A DNA stretch of 64,000 bases from Bacillota bacterium (GTDB lineage Bacteria > Bacillota > Clostridia > Christensenellales > SZUA-584): contig JAEZHF010000020.1 of NCBI GenBank assembly GCA_023416745.1, positions 1,606 through 65,605 on the forward strand. The letters run 5' to 3'. Position numbers and translations under genes: made by a program. Shown here one piece after another: positions 1 through 9,115 of this stretch (position 1 is its first letter; the number at the start of each line of letters is the position of its first letter). The notes beneath the pieces were generated by a model. That model was not told where the DNA came from, ran no database searches, and was given only the letters and a program-made list of their open reading frames with translations.

Positions 1-429
1 CTAGGCAGATTTTTCTGCAGAACAGCATTGAAATTTACTAACATGCATGCTGTTCCTGTTTACCACATAGTATTCTATATATTTCCTGCTGCACAATCTA
101 TCTTCTTCGTCTGTCCAGCGGTGTTTATTTTCATTTACCACATCTATCACTCCTTAAAAGATCTAATGCAGGAATTAGTATGTATATATATTAACTTTTA
201 TTATTATTATTTACAATAACCTCTTATGTTTAGTGCTTCCTCTCCTCTCCCCTCACCTCCCCATCCTACCACACCTCCTTTTCCAAATCCGTTCATCTTT
301 GTTGATTTTTTTCCACATCCGCCGTATACTAAAATCAACCATTTCCATACACATACTGGCACACACGCGGGTCTGCGGCGGCGGCCTTGCGCGTATATAT
401 TCAATAAAACTGTATAAGGGGCTTTGCAT

Positions 430-2673
430 ATGTTTTGTTCAAAATGCGGCGGCAAGCTGACGGCAGGCATGGGGTTTTGCACGCAGTGCGGGCATCCGGT
501 GTCCGCGCCGCCCGTTGGCACACCGTCTTTGGGGGCGTCCGTTTACGCGCCGCCCGCGTTCATACCAGTGCCGCGCCGACGGAGGGTGTGGCCCTTCGTG
601 CTGATCGGGTGCGTGCTGCTGCTGGGCGGGGCCGCGCTTGCGCTGGTGCTCACCGGCGTGCTGGCACATACGCCCGCGTCCACGCAGGCATCGGCGGAGG
701 CGGAAGCTGTGAACACGCTGCCGGCGGACGCGCTGCTGGCGGAGGCGCAGCGCTTCCTGTCCGAGGGCGACTACAAGAAGGCCGTGCGGGACTTTGAGGA
801 TTACATCGCGCTGGTGCCTGCAGACGCGACGGGCTACATCGGGCTGGCACAGGCGCAGTCGGCGCTGGGGGACGCGGAGGCGGCGCAGAAGACACTGGAG
901 TCCGGTCTTGCCGCGGCGTCGGACACCTCGCTGCTGCGGCAGTACGCGCTGCGGCTGTCGGGCGGGCCGTTGTCGGACGCGGCCAAGGCCTACGCGGACA
1001 TGGTGTACGCGCTCAACACCACGGCGCAGCAGGAAGGCGTGGACGTTTTCGCGGAGCACCATACGCCAAAGCCGCGGGACCTGACGCTGATCTGGGACAA
1101 ATCCATCTATCTGCGCGTGGGCAACTCGTTCAACTTCAAGAACGCGGGCAATCTGGCTTATACCGTGTCGCGCAAGCAGCTGATGAACGCCGTCACGGGC
1201 AATCCGATGGAATACGAGATCTACACGCACCCCGGCACAGGCCGTGTGGAGAAGATCGTCAGCATCGAGTACATCGATGACTATCTGCAGGTCACCGACT
1301 ACTACTACGCGGAGGACGGACGCCCCAACTTCGTGTTCGTGCGCTACGACACGGTGTACACGCCCGAGTCCGCGATGCTCGACATGCAGGGCGAGCGCTA
1401 CTTCTTCGACAACGACACGATGGTGCGCTGGCGTGTGATCGACACGTCGGGCCGCAAAGACTATCCGGTGGGCGTGAATGAGGACATACGGGGTGCGGCG
1501 GACAAGAAGTTCGTCACGCTGTACAGCAGCCTCTCCCCCGATATGCAGCAGCGCTACGACGACAACGAGCGCAAGTATCTCAACGCGGCGTACAACACGC
1601 TGGACGCGGTGACCAAATCACCCGGCGTCAGCAGCATCGTGGGCACGGCGGCGGACCAGAACGGCAACCCCGTCGCGGGCGCGGCGGTGCAGCTGTACGC
1701 GGAGGATTTAAAGGCGTGGGTATACGAGGGCGTGACGGATGCAAACGGCGCTTACGAGATACGCGTGCCGTCGGAGAACCGCACGTTCCATGTGCGCGTG
1801 GCGCAGGCGGGCTGCACGCCGGTGGACGTCTACGGCGTGGAGCTGAGCCCGCAGCTGATCAACGCGTATCTGGAGCCGGCCTGCCTCGTCAGCGAGAGCA
1901 GCAGCCAGCTGGACGTGCGCCTGCTGGTGATCGACGCGTTCAACGCCTTTTCGGGCGGCTACGGCGACGACTATGCCTCCGGCCTGCTGCGTCTGGATGC
2001 GGCGCAGGTGCGCATACGCCCCGGCATCAACAACCGCACGGGTTCGGTGCTGTTCGAGGGGTATTCCGACAGCAAGGGCTGGCTGAGCCTCACGCTGCCC
2101 CCCGGCTGTTACACCGCCGAGGTGCTCAAAGACGGCTACGCGACGGCCTACCTCACCGTGGTGGCGCGCGCATCGGGCGAGGTGGTGCAGCTGTCTACCA
2201 CGCCCGTGCTGGGCGGCGGCGAGGTGCGCATCGTGCTCACATGGGGTGCTTCCCCCGCCGATCTGGACTCGCACCTGTTCACGCCGTACGACGCCGACAG
2301 CCAGGACACCACCTACCACATCTGGTACGGCAACATGATGGACTGGAACGGCAACGACCTCGACGTGGACGACACCACCGGCTACGGCCCTGAGACGATG
2401 ACCATCAGTAACTTCGGCACCGGCCTGTACAAATACTACGTGGCGGATTACACCAATTGCGACATGGGCAACCCCGCCTCCTACGACATGTCGTACTCCG
2501 GCGCGACCGTCTCCGTCTATACGGACCGCGGCCTCGCCGCCTCGTTCCACGTGCCCGTGGGCGCGTCCGGCGTCATCTGGGAGGTGTTCGAGATCAGCAA
2601 TATGCAGGTGGTGCCCATCCAGCGGTATTACAGCAACATCAAGGATAAGCCCTGGTGGAACCAGGATAAATAG
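430..2673 (+). CDS. membrane-anchored multidomain protein: zinc ribbon, TM helix, TPR-like segment, carboxypeptidase-regulatory-like beta-sandwich, C-terminal YfaP-like (DUF2135-type) domain
   Basis: Track ORF 424..2673; the ATG at 430 lies 8 nt after AAGGGG. CSKCGGK..CTQCGH zinc ribbon. Hydrophobic VWPFVLIGCVLLLGGAALALVL. TPR-like LSEGDYKKAVRDFEDYIAL. 'GTAADQNGNPVAGAAVQLY..TDANGAYEIRV'. C-terminal 'VRIVLTWGASPADLDSHLFTP..DVDDTTGYGPETMTI' fits the YfaP/DUF2135 pattern as I recall it. Confidence 0.75.
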   Translation: MFCSKCGGKLTAGMGFCTQCGHPVSAPPVGTPSLGASVYAPPAFIPVPRRRRVWPFVLIGCVLLLGGAALALVLTGVLAHTPASTQASAEAEAVNTLPADALLAEAQRFLSEGDYKKAVRDFEDYIALVPADATGYIGLAQAQSALGDAEAAQKTLESGLAAASDTSLLRQYALRLSGGPLSDAAKAYADMVYALNTTAQQEGVDVFAEHHTPKPRDLTLIWDKSIYLRVGNSFNFKNAGNLAYTVSRKQLMNAVTGNPMEYEIYTHPGTGRVEKIVSIEYIDDYLQVTDYYYAEDGRPNFVFVRYDTVYTPESAMLDMQGERYFFDNDTMVRWRVIDTSGRKDYPVGVNEDIRGAADKKFVTLYSSLSPDMQQRYDDNERKYLNAAYNTLDAVTKSPGVSSIVGTAADQNGNPVAGAAVQLYAEDLKAWVYEGVTDANGAYEIRVPSENRTFHVRVAQAGCTPVDVYGVELSPQLINAYLEPACLVSESSSQLDVRLLVIDAFNAFSGGYGDDYASGLLRLDAAQVRIRPGINNRTGSVLFEGYSDSKGWLSLTLPPGCYTAEVLKDGYATAYLTVVARASGEVVQLSTTPVLGGGEVRIVLTWGASPADLDSHLFTPYDADSQDTTYHIWYGNMMDWNGNDLDVDDTTGYGPETMTISNFGTGLYKYYVADYTNCDMGNPASYDMSYSGATVSVYTDRGLAASFHVPVGASGVIWEVFEISNMQVVPIQRYYSNIKDKPWWNQDK

Positions 2674-2691
2674 CGCTTTGCGCTATCCGAT

Positions 2692-2712
2692 GGCAAACTC
2701 TGTTTGCCTTCG
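2692..2712 (+). terminator. weak hairpin downstream of the 749-aa gene
   Basis: GGCAAAC-tct-GTTTGCC 7-bp stem followed only by TTCGG. The T-tract is poor. Confidence 0.3.
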
Positions 2713-2858
2713 GGGGGGACGCCCAGCTTGTGCGCACAGTATACGGGCTTTGGTGTCCCCCGTCCAGGCCCCGCCCCATAAAGCCCTGCGTCTTAAATAT
2801 AAAAAGCTGCCAACACTTTGTCAGCAGCCCGACGCCGTTTCGCGGCTTTCGTATTTTT

Positions 2859-4247
2859 CTATTTGATACGGTAACTGTAATGCGGGCGCTTTTTACTGAA
2901 TCGTTTGCGCTTGCGCCGCGTCACCGTCAGCAGGCGAACCACAAGAAATACGATGAGACCCGCTGGTATGATCAGCCAGTACAGCACGCTGCCGTCCGAC
3001 TTCTTTATTTCTTCAATGTTGACCGGCTGCACGACGGTCACGGCAGTGCCGCCGCTGGCGTCCGGTTCCGCTCCGGCCTGAAGCACGTCGCGCGTGGCGA
3101 TCAGATTGCCCGTATGGATTTCATCGCCGGTGGATTTACTCCTGTACGTCACTGTGCCCAGCACATCGCCCTTGAGTATAGGGGCTTGCAGCGTGCTGGT
3201 ATATTCCGGAACAGCCTCGATCGAATCCGTACCGTTCAGTATGCCTTCCGCCAGTTCCTTGTCAATGGTTGCATAAGTTCCGGGGCTCTGCGGCCCTTCA
3301 AACACCAACAGCCCGTCGTTCTCGTCGGTGGACGCGAAATTCTCGATCTGAACTTTTACCGGTTCAGCCTTGTTCAGCAACTGCTGCAAATCTATCGTCA
3401 CATAATTGTTGAACCCGAAATCGAACAGATTCTTGGCAAGCGGCCAGCGGTTCTTGCCATTCGAGGAATCATCCTTGAATATCAGGCAGATCAGGTTCAT
3501 ATCGTCATTGGATGCAGACACCACCAGACATCCGCCCGCCTGTTCAGTAGAGCCTGTTTTGCCGCCTGTTGCATAAGGATAATAGGCATCCTTACCGCTG
3601 AGCATCATTGAGTTTGTATTGTTCTTGACCTTTTGCGATTGCTTGTTTGACTGCGGCATCGTATAGGATTCGCGGTCAATGATCTCCATGAACGCCGGGT
3701 TTTTCATCGCATACTGCATGAGCTTGGCCATATCGCTGGCCGTCGTGACGTGCTCTTCGTCATGCATACCGTGCGGGTTCACAAAGTGCGTGTTGTTCAT
3801 GCCCAGTGCCTGTGCCTTAGAATTCATCAGGTCGGCGAATTTGGCCACATCGCCGCTCACCGCTTCCGCGACCGCAATGGCCGCGTCGTTGCCGGAAACC
3901 ATCATCATGCCATGCAGCAGGTCTCCCAACTCGACAGCTTCATCTTCTTCAAGGTCAAGGGAAGACCCTCTGGCATCCGACGCTTCTTCGCTGACTGTCA
4001 CCTTGGTGTCCATGCTAAGGCCGCTCTCCAGCCCCAGTATGCACGTCATGATCTTGGTGGTGCTGGCCGGCTCAACACGCTCGTCCTTATTTTTTGCGTA
4101 CATCTCAAAGCCGGAATCTGCGTCAAGCAGCATTACGGCAAAAGGCTCAACCTCACCGTCATACTGCGGCGCAGCTGCCAACACACTGCCGGCAAAGCTA
4201 AGCATAACAAATGTAAATATAACTAAAACAGTTATGACCCTTCTCAA
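2859..4247 (-). CDS. D-alanyl-D-alanine carboxypeptidase (S11, PBP5/DacB-like) with C-terminal TM anchor
   Basis: Signal-like N-terminus; SxxK 'PASTTKIMT'; 'VSGNDAA' (SxN); 'GGKTGST' (KTG); C-terminal hydrophobic LYWLIIPAGLIVFLVV plus basic tail. TTG start at 4247. Confidence 0.9.
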   Translation of the reverse strand: MRRVITVLVIFTFVMLSFAGSVLAAAPQYDGEVEPFAVMLLDADSGFEMYAKNKDERVEPASTTKIMTCILGLESGLSMDTKVTVSEEASDARGSSLDLEEDEAVELGDLLHGMMMVSGNDAAIAVAEAVSGDVAKFADLMNSKAQALGMNNTHFVNPHGMHDEEHVTTASDMAKLMQYAMKNPAFMEIIDRESYTMPQSNKQSQKVKNNTNSMMLSGKDAYYPYATGGKTGSTEQAGGCLVVSASNDDMNLICLIFKDDSSNGKNRWPLAKNLFDFGFNNYVTIDLQQLLNKAEPVKVQIENFASTDENDGLLVFEGPQSPGTYATIDKELAEGILNGTDSIEAVPEYTSTLQAPILKGDVLGTVTYRSKSTGDEIHTGNLIATRDVLQAGAEPDASGGTAVTVVQPVNIEEIKKSDGSVLYWLIIPAGLIVFLVVRLLTVTRRKRKRFSKKRPHYSYRIK

Positions 4248-4334
4248 ACTGCAACATCCCCCACTATCAGCCTTTATTTCAGGCTGTCATCAACTACAGT
4301 ATATCATAACTGGGACAAAAACATAATCCCGGAA

Positions 4335-5732
4335 CTAGCGGCGTACTCTTTTTCTGCTCACGGCGCGCCGCCTGCGCGCATATCGTTTCTTGCGCTGGAT
4401 TGCCATCACGACGAGTATGGCCAGAATTACAGCCAGAGCGGCACCCACGGCGATCAGTATCCATCCGATAAGCCCGATACCGTCGTCTTTGTCCGTCGGT
4501 ACCGGCGTTTGGTTATCCGTCTGTTCAGTGCCGGCAGTCTGCGATGGCTGCGCCGGAACGCTGTCTGCCAACGCCACCGCCTGCGACGCAATCAGTTTAC
4601 CCTGACAAATCATCTCTCCCGAACCGGTGAGGTAATTGATCACGCCCACCGTTTCACCCTCCGTGACAGGCGCCGTCAGCGACTCACCGCTGTTGAGCAC
4701 GATCTGCGTGGTGAGTCCCGCATCCACCTGACTGGCAAGCTCCAGTTCAAACGTCTGATAAGCTTTACCGGTGTTCACGATGTTGAGGCTCAACGATTCG
4801 CTGCCCGGAGCAGCCCCCTGCACATTTACGCTGACAGGATCGGTACCGTCAATGATGGACTGAATATCTAACGTCTTGAAGTTGTCGAAGCCGAACTCGA
4901 ACATCGACTTGCTCAGCGGCCAGCGTTCACTCCCATTGTATTCGTCCTTAAATACCAAACAGATCAGGTTCACGCCGTCCTTGCTGGCCGAAGACACGAG
5001 GCAATCGCCCGCAGCCGGGGTAGAACCCGTCTTGATACCCGTCGCGTACTTATAATAGTATTTATTATTCTTATCAATATCGGTCGGAAGCAAGAGTTTA
5101 TTGGTATTGGTCACCACCCACGCCTCGCTGTGCTTATTGTCGGCGGGCATGGTGTAGGTGGTTTGTCCCACTATCTGCGCAAAATCAGGGTTCTGCATCG
5201 CGTATAGCGTGAGCAATGCCATATCGCGCGCAGTCGTGTGATGGTTGTCCACGTGCATGCCGTGTGAAACCACAAAATTGGTGTTTGTCATTCCCAGATC
5301 GCGCGCCTTGTCGTTCATCATATCGGCGAAGCCTTCTTCAGAGCCGCCTAACACTTCAGCCACAGCCACAGCCGCGTCATTACCCGACGCCAGCATCATT
5401 CCGTTTATCAGGTCTTTAAAGACGATTTCCTCACCAGAAGAGATATGCAGCAATGAACCGCGCTGTTTTGCCGCATTGGACGATACCGTGACGACACTTT
5501 CCATATCCCCTTTTTCCAGCGCGAGCAGCAGCGTCATGATCTTGGTTGTACTTGCCGGTTCAACGATCTCATCCGCATTCTTTTCGTATAACACGTCGCC
5601 CGAGTTGGCGTCCAGCAGCATGACCGCATACGGCTCCACTTTGCCGTCGTAAGCGGGCGCGGCCTGCGCGGTGCCCAGATACATCGTCATTACCATTAAA
5701 ACAATGAAAAACAAAGCTGTGACTTTTTTCAA
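4335..5732 (-). CDS. D-alanyl-D-alanine carboxypeptidase paralogue (S11) with C-terminal TM anchor
   Basis: 'PASTTKIMT', 'ASGNDAA', 'GIKTGST'. Same architecture as the neighbour. C-terminal GWILIAVGAALAVILAILVV plus Arg/Lys tail. TTG start; AAAGGAG lies 11 nt upstream. Confidence 0.9.
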   Translation of the reverse strand: MKKVTALFFIVLMVMTMYLGTAQAAPAYDGKVEPYAVMLLDANSGDVLYEKNADEIVEPASTTKIMTLLLALEKGDMESVVTVSSNAAKQRGSLLHISSGEEIVFKDLINGMMLASGNDAAVAVAEVLGGSEEGFADMMNDKARDLGMTNTNFVVSHGMHVDNHHTTARDMALLTLYAMQNPDFAQIVGQTTYTMPADNKHSEAWVVTNTNKLLLPTDIDKNNKYYYKYATGIKTGSTPAAGDCLVSSASKDGVNLICLVFKDEYNGSERWPLSKSMFEFGFDNFKTLDIQSIIDGTDPVSVNVQGAAPGSESLSLNIVNTGKAYQTFELELASQVDAGLTTQIVLNSGESLTAPVTEGETVGVINYLTGSGEMICQGKLIASQAVALADSVPAQPSQTAGTEQTDNQTPVPTDKDDGIGLIGWILIAVGAALAVILAILVVMAIQRKKRYARRRRAVSRKRVRR

Positions 5733-5937
5733 AATCCCGTTAGCTCCTTTTATATAATCACTATTTAGTATAACAGCTTAATAAGCGTTTGTGAATGCCA
5801 ATATATACAGCATCCGTGTATTGATTGTAAACATTCATGACCGGATTATAGAATATTCCCGGCTTCGGGATGTTCTCCGGCTCCTTTAGCAATAAAAACA
5901 ATGGCTAAATGCAAAAAACGATACGGCAGCGAAATGA

Positions 5938-5977
5938 TAAAAAGAAGGCGCTTTACCCTGAGTCCGGCAAAGCGCCT
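5938..5977 (-). terminator. intrinsic terminator after the Zn-ADH gene pair
   Basis: 9-bp stem AGGCGCTTT / AAAGCGCCT (5946-5954 / 5969-5977). On the minus strand it is followed by TCTTTTTATC. Confidence 0.7.
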
Positions 5978-6012
5978 GAAAATAATACGAAGTTATATGC
6001 TGTCCTTCTTGT

Positions 6013-7041
6013 TCAGGGTATGACAACCGCCTTTACGGCTTTTTCAGTGACCACACTTTCAAACGCCTTGTCGATATCGCTGAACGCAAACGCAGTAATA
6101 TATTTTTCCACGTTCAGTTTGCCGCTCACCACCATCTCCAGTACATGCCTGTTTTGAGCCACTGTGGAAGCATGTGCCCCGAAAACGCCCAATTCCTTGT
6201 AGTGAATCAGGTTGCTGTCAAGATGATAATTGTCGACGCCGGGCAGGCCGCCGAACAGGCTTATCCTTCCGTTCTTGTACAGCAGCTCCAGCCCTTGACG
6301 GTGCGTAATACCCGCCGGGGCCGCCGTAATCACCACATCCACACCTCCGCCCGTCATCCGGCGCACTGCATCCATATAGCCAGGGTCACCCGAATCGACC
6401 ACCTCAACGTTGGGCACGAACTGCTTAACGCTTTTACGTCTGCTTTCAGAAATCTCCGCGATGATCACTTGAGCGGCGCCCTGAATATAGGCTAGCTCGG
6501 CATGAATACAGCCAAGATAACCTGAGCCGTAGATGAGCACGTTGTCGCCTTTCTCAATCTTCAGATAAGTCTGCGCGTTCACCGCGCACGCCACCGGTTC
6601 CACCACGGACGCGGCAGTATCCGATATGCTGTCTGGTATCGGTATTAAATGCCCCCGCCGGATTGCCAGCTCAGGAATGCGGATATATTCCGCAAACGTC
6701 CCGTCAAACTGGAACCCAATGCTTTGCAGGGTGTCGCACATGTTCGTCCGTCCCTTTATGCAGCTCTTGCACTCCCCGCAGCCGATGGCCGGCGCCATGA
6801 TATAACGACCGCCCACCTTCAGTCCTGTTGCAGCGTTGGCCTCGACGATTTCGTAGCACGCCTCATGCCCCATCACGATGGGCGTTTTCAGCTTGGCATT
6901 GCCAAAGCGGTATGTCCGAAGATCTGTACCGCAGATGGATGCACACCGTATCTTCGCAACAGCCTCACCCGCGCCCGCCTTGGGCATCGGTACTTCATCT
7001 GTCGAAAATTTCGTCTCGCCGTGGTAAATAAATGCTTTCAT
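6013..7041 (-). CDS. zinc-dependent medium-chain alcohol/polyol dehydrogenase
   Basis: 'MKAFIYHGE' start (M36 of track ORF 6013..7146); 'CGTDLRTY', 'GHEACYEIVE', 'GCGECKSC' structural-Zn cysteines, 'YGSGYLGC' Rossmann motif. Confidence 0.85.
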   Translation of the reverse strand: MKAFIYHGETKFSTDEVPMPKAGAGEAVAKIRCASICGTDLRTYRFGNAKLKTPIVMGHEACYEIVEANAATGLKVGGRYIMAPAIGCGECKSCIKGRTNMCDTLQSIGFQFDGTFAEYIRIPELAIRRGHLIPIPDSISDTAASVVEPVACAVNAQTYLKIEKGDNVLIYGSGYLGCIHAELAYIQGAAQVIIAEISESRRKSVKQFVPNVEVVDSGDPGYMDAVRRMTGGGVDVVITAAPAGITHRQGLELLYKNGRISLFGGLPGVDNYHLDSNLIHYKELGVFGAHASTVAQNRHVLEMVVSGKLNVEKYITAFAFSDIDKAFESVVTEKAVKAVVIP

Positions 7042-7051
7042 TGCACACTCC

Positions 7052-8113
7052 TTATTCCAAACCCCAGGGGAAGAAGAGTATCTTGTTGAAGAAAATCTCC
7101 CTGCGGTGTATCTTCTCGAACGTCTCCGCGACGTCCTCCAGCACAAGGCGGTGTGTGATCACCTTGGTTGCATCGATGGTGCCGTCCGCAAGACTGTCCA
7201 CACCATGCGTCCATTCCCAGCCCGGGAACGGCTTGGAGAACGAGTTCCACGAACCTTTGAGCGTCTTTTCGCCTCTCATGATCATATCCACGCATTTTTC
7301 CGAAAGCTCGAGCGGCTTGTGAGATATGCCAAGGAATACCATCGTGCCGTGCTTGGCTGTCGCCATGATCGCATTGTGCTGTGCCGGCGGGAAACCGGAC
7401 GCATCGATGCAGATATCGGCGCCGCCATCCGTCGCTTTAACAATCTGCTCCACCACATCGGCCGCCGTTCCGTCGATGCACACATCCGCGCCGGACAGCG
7501 CCGCCGCTTTGAGCTTCTCTTCTCCGACATCTACTGCCACCACAACCGAGGCGCCTTTGGCTTTCATATACTGCAGCGCATACAGGCCGATGGTGCCCAC
7601 GCCCACAACGCATACTTTGTCTCCGGCCTTGAAGCCGCTGCGCTTAATGGAATGCAGTGCGTTGGCCAGCGGATCGGTAGTCGCCGCCGCTTCATACGTC
7701 ACATTGTCGGCGACTTTTAAGAGATTGATTTCCGGTACGGCGACATACTGCGCGAAAGCCCCGTCGCAGCGAGACCCAAAATAGTTGTAGTCTTTACAAA
7801 GCGAGAAGGAACCTTCCTGGCAATATTCGCACTTAAAGCAAGGCATCAGCGGCGGCACCGTCACACGGTCTCCCACCTTGTATTTCTTGACCTCGTTGCC
7901 CACTTCCACGATCTGTCCGGCGAACTCATGTCCCGGCGTGATGGGCGAGATATACGCACCGTACTCGTTGATGCGCGGGATGTCTGATCCGCAGATGCCC
8001 ACTGCCATCACCTTAATCAGCGCCTCGTTCTCTTTAATCTGGGGGATCGCAACTTCCTCCAGTTTCAAGTCCCTCGGCGCATACATTCTGACTGCTTTCA
8101 TTGTTCCGTTCAT
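7052..8113 (-). CDS. zinc-dependent medium-chain polyol(-phosphate) dehydrogenase (sorbitol / galactitol-1-P dehydrogenase-like)
   Basis: 'CGSDIPR', 'GHEFAGQIVEVG', 'CFKCEYCQEG', 'VVGVGTIGL'. GAAAGGAAG RBS 8 nt before the ATG. Confidence 0.85.
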   Translation of the reverse strand: MNGTMKAVRMYAPRDLKLEEVAIPQIKENEALIKVMAVGICGSDIPRINEYGAYISPITPGHEFAGQIVEVGNEVKKYKVGDRVTVPPLMPCFKCEYCQEGSFSLCKDYNYFGSRCDGAFAQYVAVPEINLLKVADNVTYEAAATTDPLANALHSIKRSGFKAGDKVCVVGVGTIGLYALQYMKAKGASVVVAVDVGEEKLKAAALSGADVCIDGTAADVVEQIVKATDGGADICIDASGFPPAQHNAIMATAKHGTMVFLGISHKPLELSEKCVDMIMRGEKTLKGSWNSFSKPFPGWEWTHGVDSLADGTIDATKVITHRLVLEDVAETFEKIHRREIFFNKILFFPWGLE

Positions 8114-8164
8114 TATCCTGACTTCCTTTCAAAAATATAATATAATGTTTTTAAAGCCTGCCTG

Positions 8165-8941
8165 TTATACGATATAGAGCTCAATGCCCAAATCCCGGAT
8201 CATGTCGGCGTAACGCGTTTCCACATCCGAATCGGTAATGATAATATCAAAATCCTCCAGCTGCGCATACCGGGCATACCAGGCCTTGCCCATCTTTGAC
8301 GAGTCCGCCAGCAGTATTTTTTGCTCGCTCACTGCCAGCGCCGCCTTCTTCATTTCAATTTCATACGATTCGGCAGTGGTGATGCCCACTTCTGATGTCA
8401 GCCCGCGCGTGGCCATAAACGCCTTGTTGATCTTCGTCTTCCTGATCAGAGACGCTCCTTCTTCACTTTCAAACATGCGTGTATTTCGGTGGAAAAATCC
8501 GCCGCAAGCCACCACGCTTAAATTGGGCATCTCGCAGACTCCCTGGATGATATTGAGCGCATAGCAATAGACGATGTTGCGTGATTCCTTTGGAATATAA
8601 TCGATGATCGACGAGGTGGTGGAGCCGGTATCAATCAGCAGTACGTCGTTGGGCATGATCAGAGACGCTGCTTTGCGGGCAATGCGCATTTTTTGCGGGG
8701 CCTTCTCCCCCAGTTCCTGCTCAATATCATAAGGTGCTGGTTTTGGAGCAGAGGAAGCCGGCCGCAGCGACACGCCGCCATAAAATATGCTGATTACGCC
8801 CTGATCTTTCAGTATCTGAAGATCACGCCGCACAGTCATTTCAGACGTGCCCAGGCTCTTCGCGAACTCGCGGATCGTGATCACGTTTTGTTTTTGCAGC
8901 ATTTCCTCGATGAGGTCAAGCCGCCTGTTCTTATCGTCCAT
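8165..8941 (-). CDS. DeoR family transcriptional regulator
   Basis: HTH 'ITIREFAKSLGTSEMTVRRDLQIL' plus a DeoR C-terminal sugar-phosphate sensor-like domain. Start chosen at MDDKNRR (GAGGA 6 nt upstream); the track ORF extends to 8965. Confidence 0.85.
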   Translation of the reverse strand: MDDKNRRLDLIEEMLQKQNVITIREFAKSLGTSEMTVRRDLQILKDQGVISIFYGGVSLRPASSAPKPAPYDIEQELGEKAPQKMRIARKAASLIMPNDVLLIDTGSTTSSIIDYIPKESRNIVYCYALNIIQGVCEMPNLSVVACGGFFHRNTRMFESEEGASLIRKTKINKAFMATRGLTSEVGITTAESYEIEMKKAALAVSEQKILLADSSKMGKAWYARYAQLEDFDIIITDSDVETRYADMIRDLGIELYIV

Positions 8942-8998
8942 GATAGTCCTCGTTCCTGATTTCATATTAACATCGGTGCTTGCATTACGTCAATAAAA

Positions 8999-9019
8999 AT
9001 GTTGTTACTTTAACAACAT
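8999..9019. promoter_or_regulatory. perfect 9-bp inverted repeat in the deoR/HAD divergent intergenic region (candidate operator)
   Basis: ATGTTGTTA-ctt-TAACAACAT read directly from the sequence. Confidence 0.35.
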
Positions 9020-9115
9020 GTCGTGAGCATCGCTGCTAAATTTGCTTTGCAAACGGTTCAGGCGACATGTATAATAGACGCAAATAAAAGTTTTTATTTT
9101 GATTCTGGAGGAAAA

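Noticed and set aside
236-300. Polypyrimidine tract (cctctcctctcccctcacctccccatcctaccacacctcctttt) containing anti-Shine-Dalgarno-like CCTCC/ACCTCCTT motifs upstream of the first gene.
   Set aside because: It could sequester an SD or be a remnant. However, I found no convincing pairing partner, no ORF and no repeat structure. The first ~420 nt are simply AT- and pyrimidine-rich intergenic DNA truncated by the window edge.
7042-7146. 35-codon N-terminal extension of the first Zn-ADH ORF overlapping the end of the upstream ADH gene.
   Set aside because: The extension is Arg/Ser-rich with no homology, whereas 'MKAFIYHGE' is the conserved MDR N-terminus.
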